DNA of 64,000 bases from Candidatus Latescibacterota bacterium (GCA_965248265.1 CBDFJF010000002.1:2880001-2944000); one strand, 5' to 3'; counted from the stretch's first letter, positions 1 through 9,543 are shown. Notes: generated by a model from the letters alone, not told the origin. Program-made: numbers and translations.

Positions 1-340
1 GCAGAATATCCTCGTAGGCCTCCCTGTAAAGCTTTGGAGGCACAGCTTCGGGCCCCTGGCGCAAGGTCCTGTGCAGGTCGTTGATGCCGATCTTGATTGA
101 CAGCCAATCCGGTTTGTTGCGGATGACATCATCCTCCCAGCGATTTCTCAACCCCGTAACGACGTCACCGCCGATGCCCTTGTTGACAACCGTGATCGCC
201 TTCTTGGGATGACGTGCGATGAGCATGTCCGCGAACTGCTTGACATAGCCATTGCCGAGAGGGCGCTCAGCACCGCGTCTGCCGCAGTCGGTGATGCTGT
301 CGCCGATGAAGAGGATCTTCTGACCATTCCTGATTAGCAT
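1..340 (-). CDS. SGNH/GDSL hydrolase (3' end runs off the window)
   Basis: Manual translation MLIRNGQKILFIGDSITD...NKGIGG...IGIND shows SGNH blocks I-III. AGGAGG RBS at 345-350. Confidence 0.85.
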   Translation of the reverse strand, partial: MLIRNGQKILFIGDSITDCGRRGAERPLGNGYVKQFADMLIARHPKKAITVVNKGIGGDVVTGLRNRWEDDVIRNKPDWLSIKIGINDLHRTLRQGPEAVPPKLYREAYEDIL

Positions 341-398
341 GCTACCTCCTCAAGTACACGTCTAACGACCTGATCTGCATCGGGATATCGTGACCGGA

Positions 399-803
399 CT
401 AGGCTGGCTGGTCAACGGGGTGCTGGAAGCACAGTTGATACCCGTCCGGGTCCTTGGTGTAGACCTGCCTCATGCCATAATGGGCGGTGCTCGGCTCCTG
501 TGCATCCCACCCCTTGTCGCGAAGGTGGGCGTAGACCTCGTCCGCGTTGTCGCACCAGAAGTACAGGATCGTGTCAGCGTGAGAGGCGATTCGTCCCGGG
601 TCGGGTGAAGGTGGTCGTTCGTCGTCCTCGTACGCCGCGTTCAGCATCAGGTGAATATCGCCGAGTTCGAGGGTAGCAAAGTAGAACGGGTCCGTGGGTA
701 TGCCCGAGACGCTAAATCCCAATACGTTGCAGTAGAAGGCTACCGATTCATGCATGTCGAAGACTTCAAGCAGGGTTTCAACACTCTGAATATTCAGAGA
801 CAT
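399..803 (-). CDS. VOC/glyoxalase/bleomycin-resistance family protein
   Basis: FYCNVLGF and YGMRQVYTKDPDGYQLCF motifs. Confidence 0.85.
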   Translation of the reverse strand: MSLNIQSVETLLEVFDMHESVAFYCNVLGFSVSGIPTDPFYFATLELGDIHLMLNAAYEDDERPPSPDPGRIASHADTILYFWCDNADEVYAHLRDKGWDAQEPSTAHYGMRQVYTKDPDGYQLCFQHPVDQPA

Positions 804-861
804 CGGAGTTTCCTTCGGAGGCTGTCAGGTGATGTACTTCTCATCAGTGAAGCGCTGTCGC

Positions 862-1863
862 TTACCGCTGGGTCAGCAGCGCAATGGATGATTCAGTGTT
901 GGTGTGTTCGGCCCAACCCAATGGGGTTCCACCAAAAGCGGCATCCTTGATGGTGGGATCAGCCCCACGATCGAGAAGCAACTCCAGGCACTTGAGCGAG
1001 CCATTCTGGGCGGCCAGGTGCATGGCCACCGCACAGTTTCCGTGGCCGGCTCCTCCGAAGTCGTGACGAAGGTCGGGGTCAGCGCCATGGTCCAGCAACC
1101 ATGCGGCCGCGTTGACGCGGTCATCGTACACGGACCACAGGAGCGGCGTTCCCCGGTAGGGGTTGGCGTTGACATCAGCGCCGACCTCCACCAGAGCCGC
1201 CATCGACTCGCACTGGCCGTTGCGTGCCGCCCACAAGAGCGCTTCATCCAGAAGCTCCTGACGACTGTTGGTGCGATTCCATTCGGGGAAGATGGGGAAG
1301 GGCCGATAGAAGTCGACGCCCTCTGAAGACTCTGGAGTCAGTCCATCTCCGTCGATGAAGCGATCGAGGCTGCGGCCAAGAGCTGCGGCCGTGCGCAAGT
1401 TGTCCGGAATAGGTGGAGCAGCCAATAGGTGGGCCATTTCTGTCTTGGCGTAAAACAGGGAAAACGCCATTGGCGATCCACCTTCCATGCCCATGAGCCG
1501 GCCTTTTCGAGGAGCTCCGGCATTCAGCAGACGCCGGGCCAGATCCAGATTTCCGGTACCAGCGGCGGTGTGAAGCGGGGCAAGACCGACGTTGTTACTC
1601 TCGGCAGGATCCGCCCCTGCAGCCAGTATGCGATCGACGGCGGCAAGTTGCCCTGGTGTGCTGGGTACTGGTGGGAGGGCCATGTCACCGGTGGCGGCCT
1701 TGCAGGCCAGGATGAGCAGGGTCTGGTCCTCGGAATCGCGCGCCTGGAGAATCTGCGGGGAATCCCTCAGAATGCGGTCCAGCTCGTCTATGTGACCCTC
1801 TCTCGCCGCAAGAGCCGCGCTCTGGAGGAGTAGTTCGGCTTGTTGTGTGGCTGTGCTGGTCAT
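862..1863 (-). CDS. Ankyrin repeat protein
   Basis: Repeats of the type GxTPLHxAAxxG...LLxxGADP (APLHTAAGTG, GTPLLWSV, AMHLAAQNG, GTPLGWA). Confidence 0.9.
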   Translation of the reverse strand: MTSTATQQAELLLQSAALAAREGHIDELDRILRDSPQILQARDSEDQTLLILACKAATGDMALPPVPSTPGQLAAVDRILAAGADPAESNNVGLAPLHTAAGTGNLDLARRLLNAGAPRKGRLMGMEGGSPMAFSLFYAKTEMAHLLAAPPIPDNLRTAAALGRSLDRFIDGDGLTPESSEGVDFYRPFPIFPEWNRTNSRQELLDEALLWAARNGQCESMAALVEVGADVNANPYRGTPLLWSVYDDRVNAAAWLLDHGADPDLRHDFGGAGHGNCAVAMHLAAQNGSLKCLELLLDRGADPTIKDAAFGGTPLGWAEHTNTESSIALLTQR

Positions 1864-1871
1864 GATGACCC

Positions 1872-2261
1872 TCAGCTCAGACGTTGAGCAAAGTGAAGGA
1901 GTACACCCGCGGGATCCCAGACATAGGTTACCAGCTGGCCGCGATCTTCCTCCACCTTCGGAGGCTCGACTCTCGGTTCGCCCTCATTGGCACTCGGAAA
2001 GGAGTTCGACTCGATGATCGTCCGCGCGTGCTGGTACCAGGCCTGGGCGTCATCGACGGCGATATGCAACATGAGATTCTCGCAGAAGGTCTTGTCGTAG
2101 TAGCGCTGCAGGTAAAAACGACAGTCATCGAGCTCAAGCTCAGCGGTTCTTTCCTGCTCCCAATTGAGTTTCCATCCCAGGGCGATGTAGAAATCGCGGG
2201 AACTCTCGAAGTCGAAGGAACCGATGAATGGCTTTACGTCGGAGGCGGAAGGCAAAATCAC
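1872..2261 (-). CDS. VOC/glyoxalase family protein
   Basis: GTG start overlaps the upstream stop (GTGA). Motifs KPFIGSFDFESSRDFYIALGW and WDPAGVLLHFAQ. Confidence 0.8.
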   Translation of the reverse strand: MILPSASDVKPFIGSFDFESSRDFYIALGWKLNWEQERTAELELDDCRFYLQRYYDKTFCENLMLHIAVDDAQAWYQHARTIIESNSFPSANEGEPRVEPPKVEEDRGQLVTYVWDPAGVLLHFAQRLS

Positions 2262-2842
2262 GCCCCTTTGCCAACGATGCTCTTGCCAATGGTGCGAATG
2301 ATGAAGCGAAGGGTTATCAGCATGGCCAGGATGCCGAGAACCTTCGAGACGTTGATGGCTATGTTGGTCCAGAACTCTTTGCTCTCCTGGTTGTTTGCTG
2401 CTTTGCGGTTGAGGGAGCGGCCCGCGGTGTCGAGGATGTCGAGGTGGCCCGGTCGCAAGCCGGTAACACCGGAAACGACCTGATCGGTGATGGTCGCCAG
2501 CTGCTCCTCGGAAAGATCTGTGCCGGCGAGGCTCAAGGTGACGGAGGCTCTGGGGCGTCCAACACCTGAAGGGTTGCCCCACTCTGTGCCGGCGAGCGCG
2601 ACGGAAAGCTGCACGTGAGCCTCTTCGATCGCCTCCATCAGCACGAGGCTCGCTTCCAGCTTCTCCTCGACCTGCCGCTGGGTCTCGAGCTGCGCTGCTG
2701 ATTGGGTGGCGGTGACGACGGCAGTGTCGGCTCGCATCATCATCTTAGGCAGCATCCTGTAGCCGAAAAACATGCCCGTCAACAAACCGACCATCAGGTA
2801 CAAGGGCCACGGGTATCTATTGAGGATTTCCATCCAGCGCAT
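2258..2842 (-). CDS. Two-TM membrane protein with a FliF/YscJ-like ring-building domain
   Basis: EEKLEASLVLMEAIEEAHVQLSV...PRASVTLSL...LSEEQLATITDQVVSGVTGLRPGHLDILDTAGRSLN resembles FliF/YscJ RBM2. TM helices at both ends. Confidence 0.65.
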   Translation of the reverse strand: MRWMEILNRYPWPLYLMVGLLTGMFFGYRMLPKMMMRADTAVVTATQSAAQLETQRQVEEKLEASLVLMEAIEEAHVQLSVALAGTEWGNPSGVGRPRASVTLSLAGTDLSEEQLATITDQVVSGVTGLRPGHLDILDTAGRSLNRKAANNQESKEFWTNIAINVSKVLGILAMLITLRFIIRTIGKSIVGKGA

Positions 2843-2872
2843 GGTAATCTCCGATCTCCAAGTGTCGCATGC

Positions 2873-3235
2873 CTACTCGGGGGTCTGATGGCCCTCAGTT
2901 GCAATCAATTGCTCCAATCTATCAACTTTTTCTCCCTGTTTCACGACCATGATAAACATCGCCGCCAGACCGATACTCAATCCAACTCCACCCCCGAACG
3001 CGGCGTACACGAAAAACGGTGGTAGGCTCGGGGTTTTCATCGGGTACACGGCAGCCGAAATGGCAATGAACATGGGCGCGGCGGTAATCAAAGGAGGCAG
3101 GAGGAACCGCAAAACGGTTTTCAATGCTCCGTTGACCTTGGAGTTTTGCCCGGAGTGACGAATGACGAGAAATCTCAAGCCAACAAGAGCGATGAGGATG
3201 CCAGCTACCTTGGCGACGTTTACTAGAATGTCCAT
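2873..3235 (-). CDS. Small membrane protein with three TM helices, hypothetical
   Basis: AGGAGG RBS and three hydrophobic segments. The N-terminus resembles the C-terminal helix of the next gene. Confidence 0.7.
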   Translation of the reverse strand: MDILVNVAKVAGILIALVGLRFLVIRHSGQNSKVNGALKTVLRFLLPPLITAAPMFIAISAAVYPMKTPSLPPFFVYAAFGGGVGLSIGLAAMFIMVVKQGEKVDRLEQLIATEGHQTPE

Positions 3236-3258
3236 TGGCTACCTCCTGGTCGGTCACA

Positions 3259-4140
3259 TCAACGTTTCACTTCTGTCCAATCGAGACCTTGGTCAGTAAA
3301 CAGTTTTCGCCAATCGTGATGGGAACGCGCGACGGCGTCTGGGTTGTCCTGGCTACGGGCAACAAAGCCGGGCTTGTTGGAGCGGCCCGTTGGCAGGCCA
3401 ATGCAGCAGTACCTCGTGTCGATACTCCATCTAACGGTGTTGGTGTTATTCGGGATGGATCGATGCAGCATTCGCTCCATCGTCAACAGGGCATCACCTT
3501 CGTCCACCTCGCAGGTGACGATCTCGCCGTCGGGTAGATCGGGCTCGGCAACACCAATGTAGATGGTTTCTCTGTGATCGTGGGGTAGCAGACCTGAGCG
3601 ATGCGATCCCCGGATCACCTGAAGGCAGCCGTTTTCGGCTGTGGCATCGACCAACGGAATCCAGAAGTTGACGATAAGGGTATCGCCAGCCTCCTCTGGA
3701 GTCAGATAGGCCAGATCTTGATGCCAGGGGACCACTGTTTTCGCCTGATCGGGCAGCTTGGGACGGACCACGGTCTGCGGGTGCGCGAGGATCTCTGGAC
3801 CGATCAATGACTCGGCGACGTCGAGCAGGGCAGGCCAGGTTCGGAGGGTGAACATGCCCGCCGACTTGTGACGCTTTCCGTGCACCCGCTGCCACAACCA
3901 GTCCTGGTCTGAGGAGGCTTTGGATGTCAGGGCTAGCCGCGCGGCGAAGGGGGCGTCTGGAAACGTGTCACTCGCATCGAGCAATCCCTGCTTCACTGCT
4001 TCGTCGATGGCTTCATCGACTACGTGCTCGAGGTCGGTGATCAGCGGATTCAGGGCCTCGCGCGGCAGCAGGTCGCGGACAATGAGAAAGCCGTCTTCGC
4101 GAAACTGTTGGACCTGATCAGGACTGAGTCCGGGGTTCAA
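3259..4140 (-). CDS. Phytanoyl-CoA dioxygenase (PhyH) family Fe(II)/2OG oxygenase
   Basis: FREDGFLIV, PWHQD, WIPLVDATAENGCL, LHRS motifs. Confidence 0.9.
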   Translation of the reverse strand: MNPGLSPDQVQQFREDGFLIVRDLLPREALNPLITDLEHVVDEAIDEAVKQGLLDASDTFPDAPFAARLALTSKASSDQDWLWQRVHGKRHKSAGMFTLRTWPALLDVAESLIGPEILAHPQTVVRPKLPDQAKTVVPWHQDLAYLTPEEAGDTLIVNFWIPLVDATAENGCLQVIRGSHRSGLLPHDHRETIYIGVAEPDLPDGEIVTCEVDEGDALLTMERMLHRSIPNNTNTVRWSIDTRYCCIGLPTGRSNKPGFVARSQDNPDAVARSHHDWRKLFTDQGLDWTEVKR

Positions 4141-4154
4141 GGGGCTAGCTCCTG

Positions 4155-4784
4155 TTACCTGTCGCCCGTGTTAGGTCGTCGGACATGGGAGGGACTATGC
4201 CGGATCATCTCCGTTCGCAGGTCACGGTAGTAATACGGGAAGCGCTTCCGCATTTGCGAATTCAACCTGAGAACATCGCCTTCAGAGGTTCCGGTGATAG
4301 GAACCAGCTCTACACCAGCCTGGCGTATCCCGACACCGGCGTTCCGTATCGCTGCAAGTTGCTTTTCCAACAGTTCGGAATGGAGCATCAAGGCGGTTAA
4401 GGGTTTGAAGGGGTCGTGACACTGAACACAGATCTCGGGAGCCGGCATTGATTGGGAACCTCGTTCAAAACCGGCAATCTCAAACCGCACATTGTCGGGG
4501 TACCTGTCGATCTTGGCATCCAGATCGGGGTCGTACAATGCAAATCGGGCCCTGTCGTAGCGACTCAGACCCTCGGGTGGATCGTCCTCGTTGACCAGCA
4601 TTACCTCTACCACCGCGACTTCTCCAGGCCGTGGTCCCGTTTCGGAAACAAAGAGGTTGCTTACCTCAGTGCTATAGATGCGGCGGTGGTGATTCAGTGT
4701 TCTGCTGAAACGTTGACCTTTTGCCAATGCAGGTAACCGGATTGCTCTCTGAGTTCCGACAAGGTCGCGGGCAGAAAAGGCCAT
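4155..4784 (-). CDS. Hypothetical protein containing one CxxCH
   Basis: Long ORF in line with the neighbouring genes. ATG at 4784 has AGGA upstream. No recognised family. Confidence 0.55.
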   Translation of the reverse strand: MAFSARDLVGTQRAIRLPALAKGQRFSRTLNHHRRIYSTEVSNLFVSETGPRPGEVAVVEVMLVNEDDPPEGLSRYDRARFALYDPDLDAKIDRYPDNVRFEIAGFERGSQSMPAPEICVQCHDPFKPLTALMLHSELLEKQLAAIRNAGVGIRQAGVELVPITGTSEGDVLRLNSQMRKRFPYYYRDLRTEMIRHSPSHVRRPNTGDR

Positions 4785-4872
4785 GAATTCGTGTCCTGCC
4801 CACCGGCGCAGCTGGCAAGTATCAACACAGAGGAAACGCAACCAAGGTTTCCCAAGTAGCCAATTCGTGAGG

Positions 4873-5235
4873 TCACACAGCCGCTCTCAGAATCTCCGCC
4901 ATTTCCTCAAAACCGTGACCGGTAGCGCGATCAATGGCTGTTTCGCCATGACGGGTTTTGGCGCTCGGATCGGCCAAAGCTGCCAGCAGAACCTGCACCG
5001 ACTCCATGTCGTTAGTTGCGGCCAGGTGGTGAAGCAGCGTGTATCCGTTCAGATCAGCATGGTTGGCTGCCCGCGGATTTGCCGCAAGCTGGTCAGCCAG
5101 TTCTGCAGGGGAAGAACTAAAAGCTGCTCTGATGGGTCCAATCAGCGATCTGTCACCGCCCGCCATGTAGTCGACTGCACCGGCGTCGACGAGGAACAGG
5201 GTGATTTCGTTCGTTCGATGCACTGATCCTACCAA
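4873..5235 (-). CDS. Short ankyrin repeat protein, possibly N-terminally truncated
   Basis: GYTLLHHLAATNDMESVQVLLAALADPSAKTRHGETAID. Weak TTG start, and the ORF appears to begin mid-repeat. Confidence 0.65.
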   Translation of the reverse strand: MVGSVHRTNEITLFLVDAGAVDYMAGGDRSLIGPIRAAFSSSPAELADQLAANPRAANHADLNGYTLLHHLAATNDMESVQVLLAALADPSAKTRHGETAIDRATGHGFEEMAEILRAAV

Positions 5236-5372
5236 TAGCTGAGTTCGCGGTCAATCGTCGAGTGCAGCCGTCATTTACACCAGTGGTATTCGACAGGTAG
5301 CCAGACTGTAGTGATACTTGAGCCCTGATCAGAAACGCTGTTCCAAACACAGATACTGGAGTGAAAAGCTCC

Positions 5373-5795
5373 ATGAACCCTGCAGTCGATCAACGTAATA
5401 TGATTCTCGGTGCGGTGCTGCTCGCCGTGGTGTCGAACTGTGCCCATCTGTCGAAGAGCGCTGAGGTGGGCAGCGCCGAGTCAAGTGGCTATTTATCTGC
5501 GAAGGTGGTACGGATCAGCGAGGAATACGACAACATCAACACGGATGTGAGCGAGAAGGCGCTGAGGAACTGGGGGGTTGCTGACAAAGACGAATTCACA
5601 GTGAAATACAAGAATCACACCATGACGGTATTGTCAGGGCAGGGTTACAGTGATGTCCCCAGAGGTGAGTGGGTCGGCCTCATAGAGGAAGACGGGATGC
5701 TCCAACTGGCCATCAGCTTCGGTAACGCCGCGACGGAGATCGGCTGCGCGGTGGGGGATACCCTGTACATCGAAGAGCCAGGCGGGGCACAATAG
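5373..5795 (+). CDS. Exported stand-alone SAM hydroxide adenosyltransferase (DUF62/fluorinase) C-terminal domain protein
   Basis: YSDVPRGEWVGLIEEDGMLQLAISFGNAATEIGCAVGD resembles SAM_HAT_C. Hydrophobic N-terminus ends in VSNC. Confidence 0.65.
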   Translation: MNPAVDQRNMILGAVLLAVVSNCAHLSKSAEVGSAESSGYLSAKVVRISEEYDNINTDVSEKALRNWGVADKDEFTVKYKNHTMTVLSGQGYSDVPRGEWVGLIEEDGMLQLAISFGNAATEIGCAVGDTLYIEEPGGAQ

Positions 5796-5813
5796 TGGTT
5801 CACCAAGTACGGA

Positions 5814-6632
5814 TCAACCGCGGTCGACCCACTTGTAAGCCCGGCGGGCATTTTCGCTGAAGACCTTCGCTTCGGCCGATGCCGGTTTCGTGGCTACATA
5901 CGCTTGCGCGAGTTCCAACACATCGGCATAGCTGCGCCCACTGTAATCTGACACGGGCCAATCACTGCCAAAGATCATTCGGTCTTCTCCGAAGGCATCC
6001 CACAGGATGTCCAGATAACGCGCGTAATGATCCAATTCTGTCGGCGCCGGTCGAATGGTGCATCGCAGGTCCATCATTCCCGACAGCTTGCAGTAGACGT
6101 TCTGGTGTTCGGCAGTTCGCCGCATGAGGGCGACAGTCTCTGGATCCGGATCGTCTCCGTCCATCGGCACGCTGGCGCAGTGGTTGATGACGATGCGCAG
6201 AACTGGGATCGCCGCGGCGATATCGATAGTCCGCTCGTCCAAGTTCAGGTCGAACGAAAGGTCGCGGTCCGCCAACAAGCGGATCGGTTCGATCTGATCG
6301 GGGGTCCAGCAGCGGGCACGAATGCCACGAAACGCCGGGTGTTGGGCGAAGCGGTCCAGGTGCTGTTCAAAGCGCTCATCATTGGCATCCAGGTTGCCCA
6401 CGAGGCCAAACAACCGCGGTTCGTCGTCTGCCAGGTCGAGGACCCACTGGTTGTCTTCGACCCATTCACTGCACTCAACGACGATGGCGCCGTCGACGCC
6501 ACATGGAATCGCGCGTTTCAGCCAGCGTTCGGGGCGAGTGGTGTGGTAGAGGGTCTTGTCGTCGGATTCAGGCCAGGGCGTCCCGCCCTCACGAAACGGG
6601 TCGTAGAGGTGGACGTGGGTGTCGACGATCAT
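5814..6632 (-). CDS. Amidohydrolase 2 family protein (sugar lactonase-like)
   Basis: MIVDTHVH, INHC, KLSG, FGSDWPV. ATG overlaps the upstream TGA (TGATG). Confidence 0.9.
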   Translation of the reverse strand: MIVDTHVHLYDPFREGGTPWPESDDKTLYHTTRPERWLKRAIPCGVDGAIVVECSEWVEDNQWVLDLADDEPRLFGLVGNLDANDERFEQHLDRFAQHPAFRGIRARCWTPDQIEPIRLLADRDLSFDLNLDERTIDIAAAIPVLRIVINHCASVPMDGDDPDPETVALMRRTAEHQNVYCKLSGMMDLRCTIRPAPTELDHYARYLDILWDAFGEDRMIFGSDWPVSDYSGRSYADVLELAQAYVATKPASAEAKVFSENARRAYKWVDRG

Positions 6633-7504
6633 CAGACTCCGGCTTTCTCCATGCCGGCCCGCATCGATTCGTAGCAGGCACGGGCGGTCGCCCATGGGTC
6701 GTAGTCTTCAAGGTTCCAGATCTGTCCGGTGACTTCAACCGTGATAGGTACCTCAATGCCAGCGGATGATACAGCTCGGAAATAGCGTTCCAGATCCAGA
6801 TCGCCATCGCCCGGCAGCAGGTACTTCACTATTCCATCGGCTCTGTAGCCGTCTTTTAGATGAGTATGCACGGTGTACGGCGCCATGAGATCAGCGCAGT
6901 GCTCGATCTCCATGCCCGCCACGTGAAAATGGCTGTGATCGAAGTTGAGACGCACCGAGGGCCGGTCCAGTGCTTCCACCAGCCATACTGACTTCTCGGG
7001 CGAGTCGAACTCCTGACCTGCATGTGCTTCCAACGCCAGGATGACCCCGTGGTCCTCGGCGACCTGAATGTAGGGCTGCAAAGCCTCGACGAAATCATCT
7101 CTGGATTCGTCCCAGGTGCCGGGCCGGTGCCCGAGTGTCGTCGTCATCACTCTCGGGCGGTCATCGAAATTCAGATCGCCGGCGAGCTGGCAGGTGCCGG
7201 CGAGGAGACGGACCTTGTCATCGGTGTTCTCGTCCTGAGCGCCCAGGCTGATGACGTTCATGAGCACGGGTGAAGGGAAGCCAGCCGACTGCAGGGCATC
7301 GCGCAGCCGTTTGCGGGTATCCTCGTCGAGTTTTTCCGGCGCCGTGGGCCACGCTTCACCAGAGTTCAATTCGAGGGCGTCGTAGCCGATTTCTTTAATG
7401 CCGGCGATGGCTTCAAAGGGGTCGATGTTCTGCAGCGCGTAGGTACCGTAGGCCAGTTTCAAGGGCTCGTGTCCGGGAGAAGAGGTGAGGTGACGAAGCT
7501 TCAT
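6632..7504 (-). CDS. Sugar phosphate isomerase/epimerase (xylose isomerase-like TIM barrel)
   Basis: GYDALEL, LALEAH, NFDHSH, HTHLKD, PGDG, ITVEV. Confidence 0.9.
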   Translation of the reverse strand: MKLRHLTSSPGHEPLKLAYGTYALQNIDPFEAIAGIKEIGYDALELNSGEAWPTAPEKLDEDTRKRLRDALQSAGFPSPVLMNVISLGAQDENTDDKVRLLAGTCQLAGDLNFDDRPRVMTTTLGHRPGTWDESRDDFVEALQPYIQVAEDHGVILALEAHAGQEFDSPEKSVWLVEALDRPSVRLNFDHSHFHVAGMEIEHCADLMAPYTVHTHLKDGYRADGIVKYLLPGDGDLDLERYFRAVSSAGIEVPITVEVTGQIWNLEDYDPWATARACYESMRAGMEKAGV

Positions 7505-7661
7505 TTTCCGAGTCTAATCCGAGATCCGTCAAAACATGAAAGCTAACCGCTTTTTCGCCCCGCCCGCCAGTGCGTCTGACATATTCGTTGAAAATATACG
7601 ATAACGTATTATAAATATGTTAGTTATGAGTAGTATCATTGCGGATGTATAATATTACTTT

Positions 7662-7709
7662 ATGCACACTTATATTGACAAAATGCACACATAAGGTGAT
7701 AATTAGCTC
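7662..7709 (+). promoter_or_regulatory. Sigma-70 promoter with flanking ATGCACAC direct repeats for the TA operon
   Basis: TTGACA 7675-7680, 17 bp spacer, GATAAT 7698-7703. ATGCACAC at 7662 and 7683. Confidence 0.75.
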
Positions 7710-7994
7710 ATGGGTCAGTTCAACTGGAGCACTGCGAAAAACCAGATGTTGATCGGGGAGCGCGGGATTTCATTTGAGCGGATTGTCGCCGCCATTGAAC
7801 ATGGGCATATCGTGGATGTGTTCGAGCATCCGAATCAGCAGAAATACCCAGGACAGTCAATTTATGCGGTAGAGGTCGATGGATACATTTATCTGGTTCC
7901 CTTCGTGCTCGGCGAGGATGGTGACCGGTTTCTCAAGACCATTATACCAAGTCGAAAAGCAACGAGAGATTACGACGAGGGAGATTCACGATGA
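7710..7994 (+). CDS. BrnT-like type II toxin
   Basis: FNWSTAKNQMLIGERGISFE...YLVPFV...FLKTIIPSRKATRDY. Confidence 0.85.
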   Translation: MGQFNWSTAKNQMLIGERGISFERIVAAIEHGHIVDVFEHPNQQKYPGQSIYAVEVDGYIYLVPFVLGEDGDRFLKTIIPSRKATRDYDEGDSR

Positions 7995-8266
7995 ACGAGC
8001 GATTGGATGCAGAGGAGCGGGAAATACTGGAGGCGTTTGAGCGTGACCAGTTGCGTCCCCAACCTGGCGCCAACGAGGAGATAGAATACGCCAAGGGTGC
8101 TGCTCGAAATACCTTCAACAAGACAAAGCGGGTGAACCTGCGCGTCACGGAACGGGATTTCGAAGCTGCCCACCTCAAGGCTCGGGAAGAAGGCATTCCC
8201 TACCAGACGCTGCTCTCCAGTGTCATCCACAAATATCTGAGCGGTCGTCTTACCGAGAAACCCTGA
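7991..8266 (+). CDS. CopG/BrnA-like ribbon-helix-helix antitoxin
   Basis: KRVNLRVTERD...KAREEGIPYQTLLSSVIHKY. ATGA overlap with the toxin. Confidence 0.85.
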   Translation: MNERLDAEEREILEAFERDQLRPQPGANEEIEYAKGAARNTFNKTKRVNLRVTERDFEAAHLKAREEGIPYQTLLSSVIHKYLSGRLTEKP

Positions 8267-8270
8267 CGGT

Positions 8271-9524
8271 TCAGCAGGCCTGGATTCCTACCACCCCCAA
8301 CAGGTCGTCGATCTCCTGTTGATACGCGTACACCTCGCCGTTGACGATTTCCTCCATGGTCACAGCTCTGTCGGCGATCGCTGATTCGCACAGAGCGTGG
8401 GAGACGGCGACATCGCGCAATCCTTCCTCTGCATCAACTTCGATCGCCCTGCCATCGAGAATCGCTTCGGATAACTCGTGATATTCCAGGGCGATCAGTT
8501 TCCAGTCGACGGCCTTGTCTCCGGCGCTTGTTTTGCCCGGGAAGAAATGCTCAGCTAACGGCTCGAGGGTGAAATCGGGAAAGCGACCAACCAGTTCGGT
8601 CTGTTCCACCCTTGTACCATCCGTCTCCAAGAGTTGAATCTCCGAGCCTCGGCCGCCGAATCCCGCGAGGGCCCCTTCAGTGCCCCAGATCACCCGCCGC
8701 CCGAAGCTGACGGGGCCAGCCATCTGCACCAGCCAGTTCACGGCGATGCCCCTTTCCATCTTGAAAAGAGCGGACGAGCAGTCTTCAGCAGTGGCTGGTA
8801 CTGTTTCGGGCATGGCCTGATGTCTGGATTGATAGAATCCGTACTCCGAAGTCTCCGTTGGTGCTTTCTCCCGTTCCGTCTCGATCAAACGGGCATCCGC
8901 GTAGATCTCACGGATATCACCCAGCTGATAGCGGATCAGGTCTGTGAGGTGGACACCCATGTCCAGCAACGGCCCGGCGCGTTCCTTCAGGTGCCGCCAC
9001 GGCGTGATGAATATCTGCTTTCCTCCTCGAACCTCATGGAGGATGGCTCCGTACACATCGCCGATGGCGCCGTAGTCGATCATGTGTCTGGCAAGTCGCG
9101 CGGAAGGATCGCGGCGATAGTTCTCGGCAACTGAGATCAACTTCCCGTTTCGTTCAGCCGCTTCCATCATCATGCGGCAGGTGCGAATCGTCACGCCGAA
9201 GGGTTTTTCGACCATTACATGAAGACTTAGATCCAATGCCTGACAGATCACGGTGTGGTGGAAGGACGGATCGGTGACGACGTCGACGGCATCAAGGTCT
9301 GGAATGGCACGCGCCATTTCGGCCAGATTCGTGTACACAGGTGGGCGGAACCCAAGCAAGGTTTCGACCTCAGCCGCCGCGCGCTCGCCATTGTCCGGGT
9401 TGATGTCGCAGAGCGCGGCCAGTTCGACTCGGCAGAACGGTGTCTGCGTCAGTTCTCTGAGGCCGTACAGATGTCGGGTCCCCATGCCGCCGCATCCGAC
9501 GAGGGCAATCTTGATTCTTGTCAC
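8271..9524 (-). CDS. Gfo/Idh/MocA oxidoreductase
   Basis: GCGGMG Rossmann motif, VEKP, LDMGVH. Confidence 0.92.
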   Translation of the reverse strand: MTRIKIALVGCGGMGTRHLYGLRELTQTPFCRVELAALCDINPDNGERAAAEVETLLGFRPPVYTNLAEMARAIPDLDAVDVVTDPSFHHTVICQALDLSLHVMVEKPFGVTIRTCRMMMEAAERNGKLISVAENYRRDPSARLARHMIDYGAIGDVYGAILHEVRGGKQIFITPWRHLKERAGPLLDMGVHLTDLIRYQLGDIREIYADARLIETEREKAPTETSEYGFYQSRHQAMPETVPATAEDCSSALFKMERGIAVNWLVQMAGPVSFGRRVIWGTEGALAGFGGRGSEIQLLETDGTRVEQTELVGRFPDFTLEPLAEHFFPGKTSAGDKAVDWKLIALEYHELSEAILDGRAIEVDAEEGLRDVAVSHALCESAIADRAVTMEEIVNGEVYAYQQEIDDLLGVVGIQAC

Positions 9525-9543
9525 CTAGGCGTTCCCCTGCTAA

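Noticed and set aside
7590-7630. dif/Xer-like site in the AT-rich patch before the TA pair
   Set aside because: ATATGTTAGTT only loosely matches the XerD arm, and no XerC arm is correctly spaced
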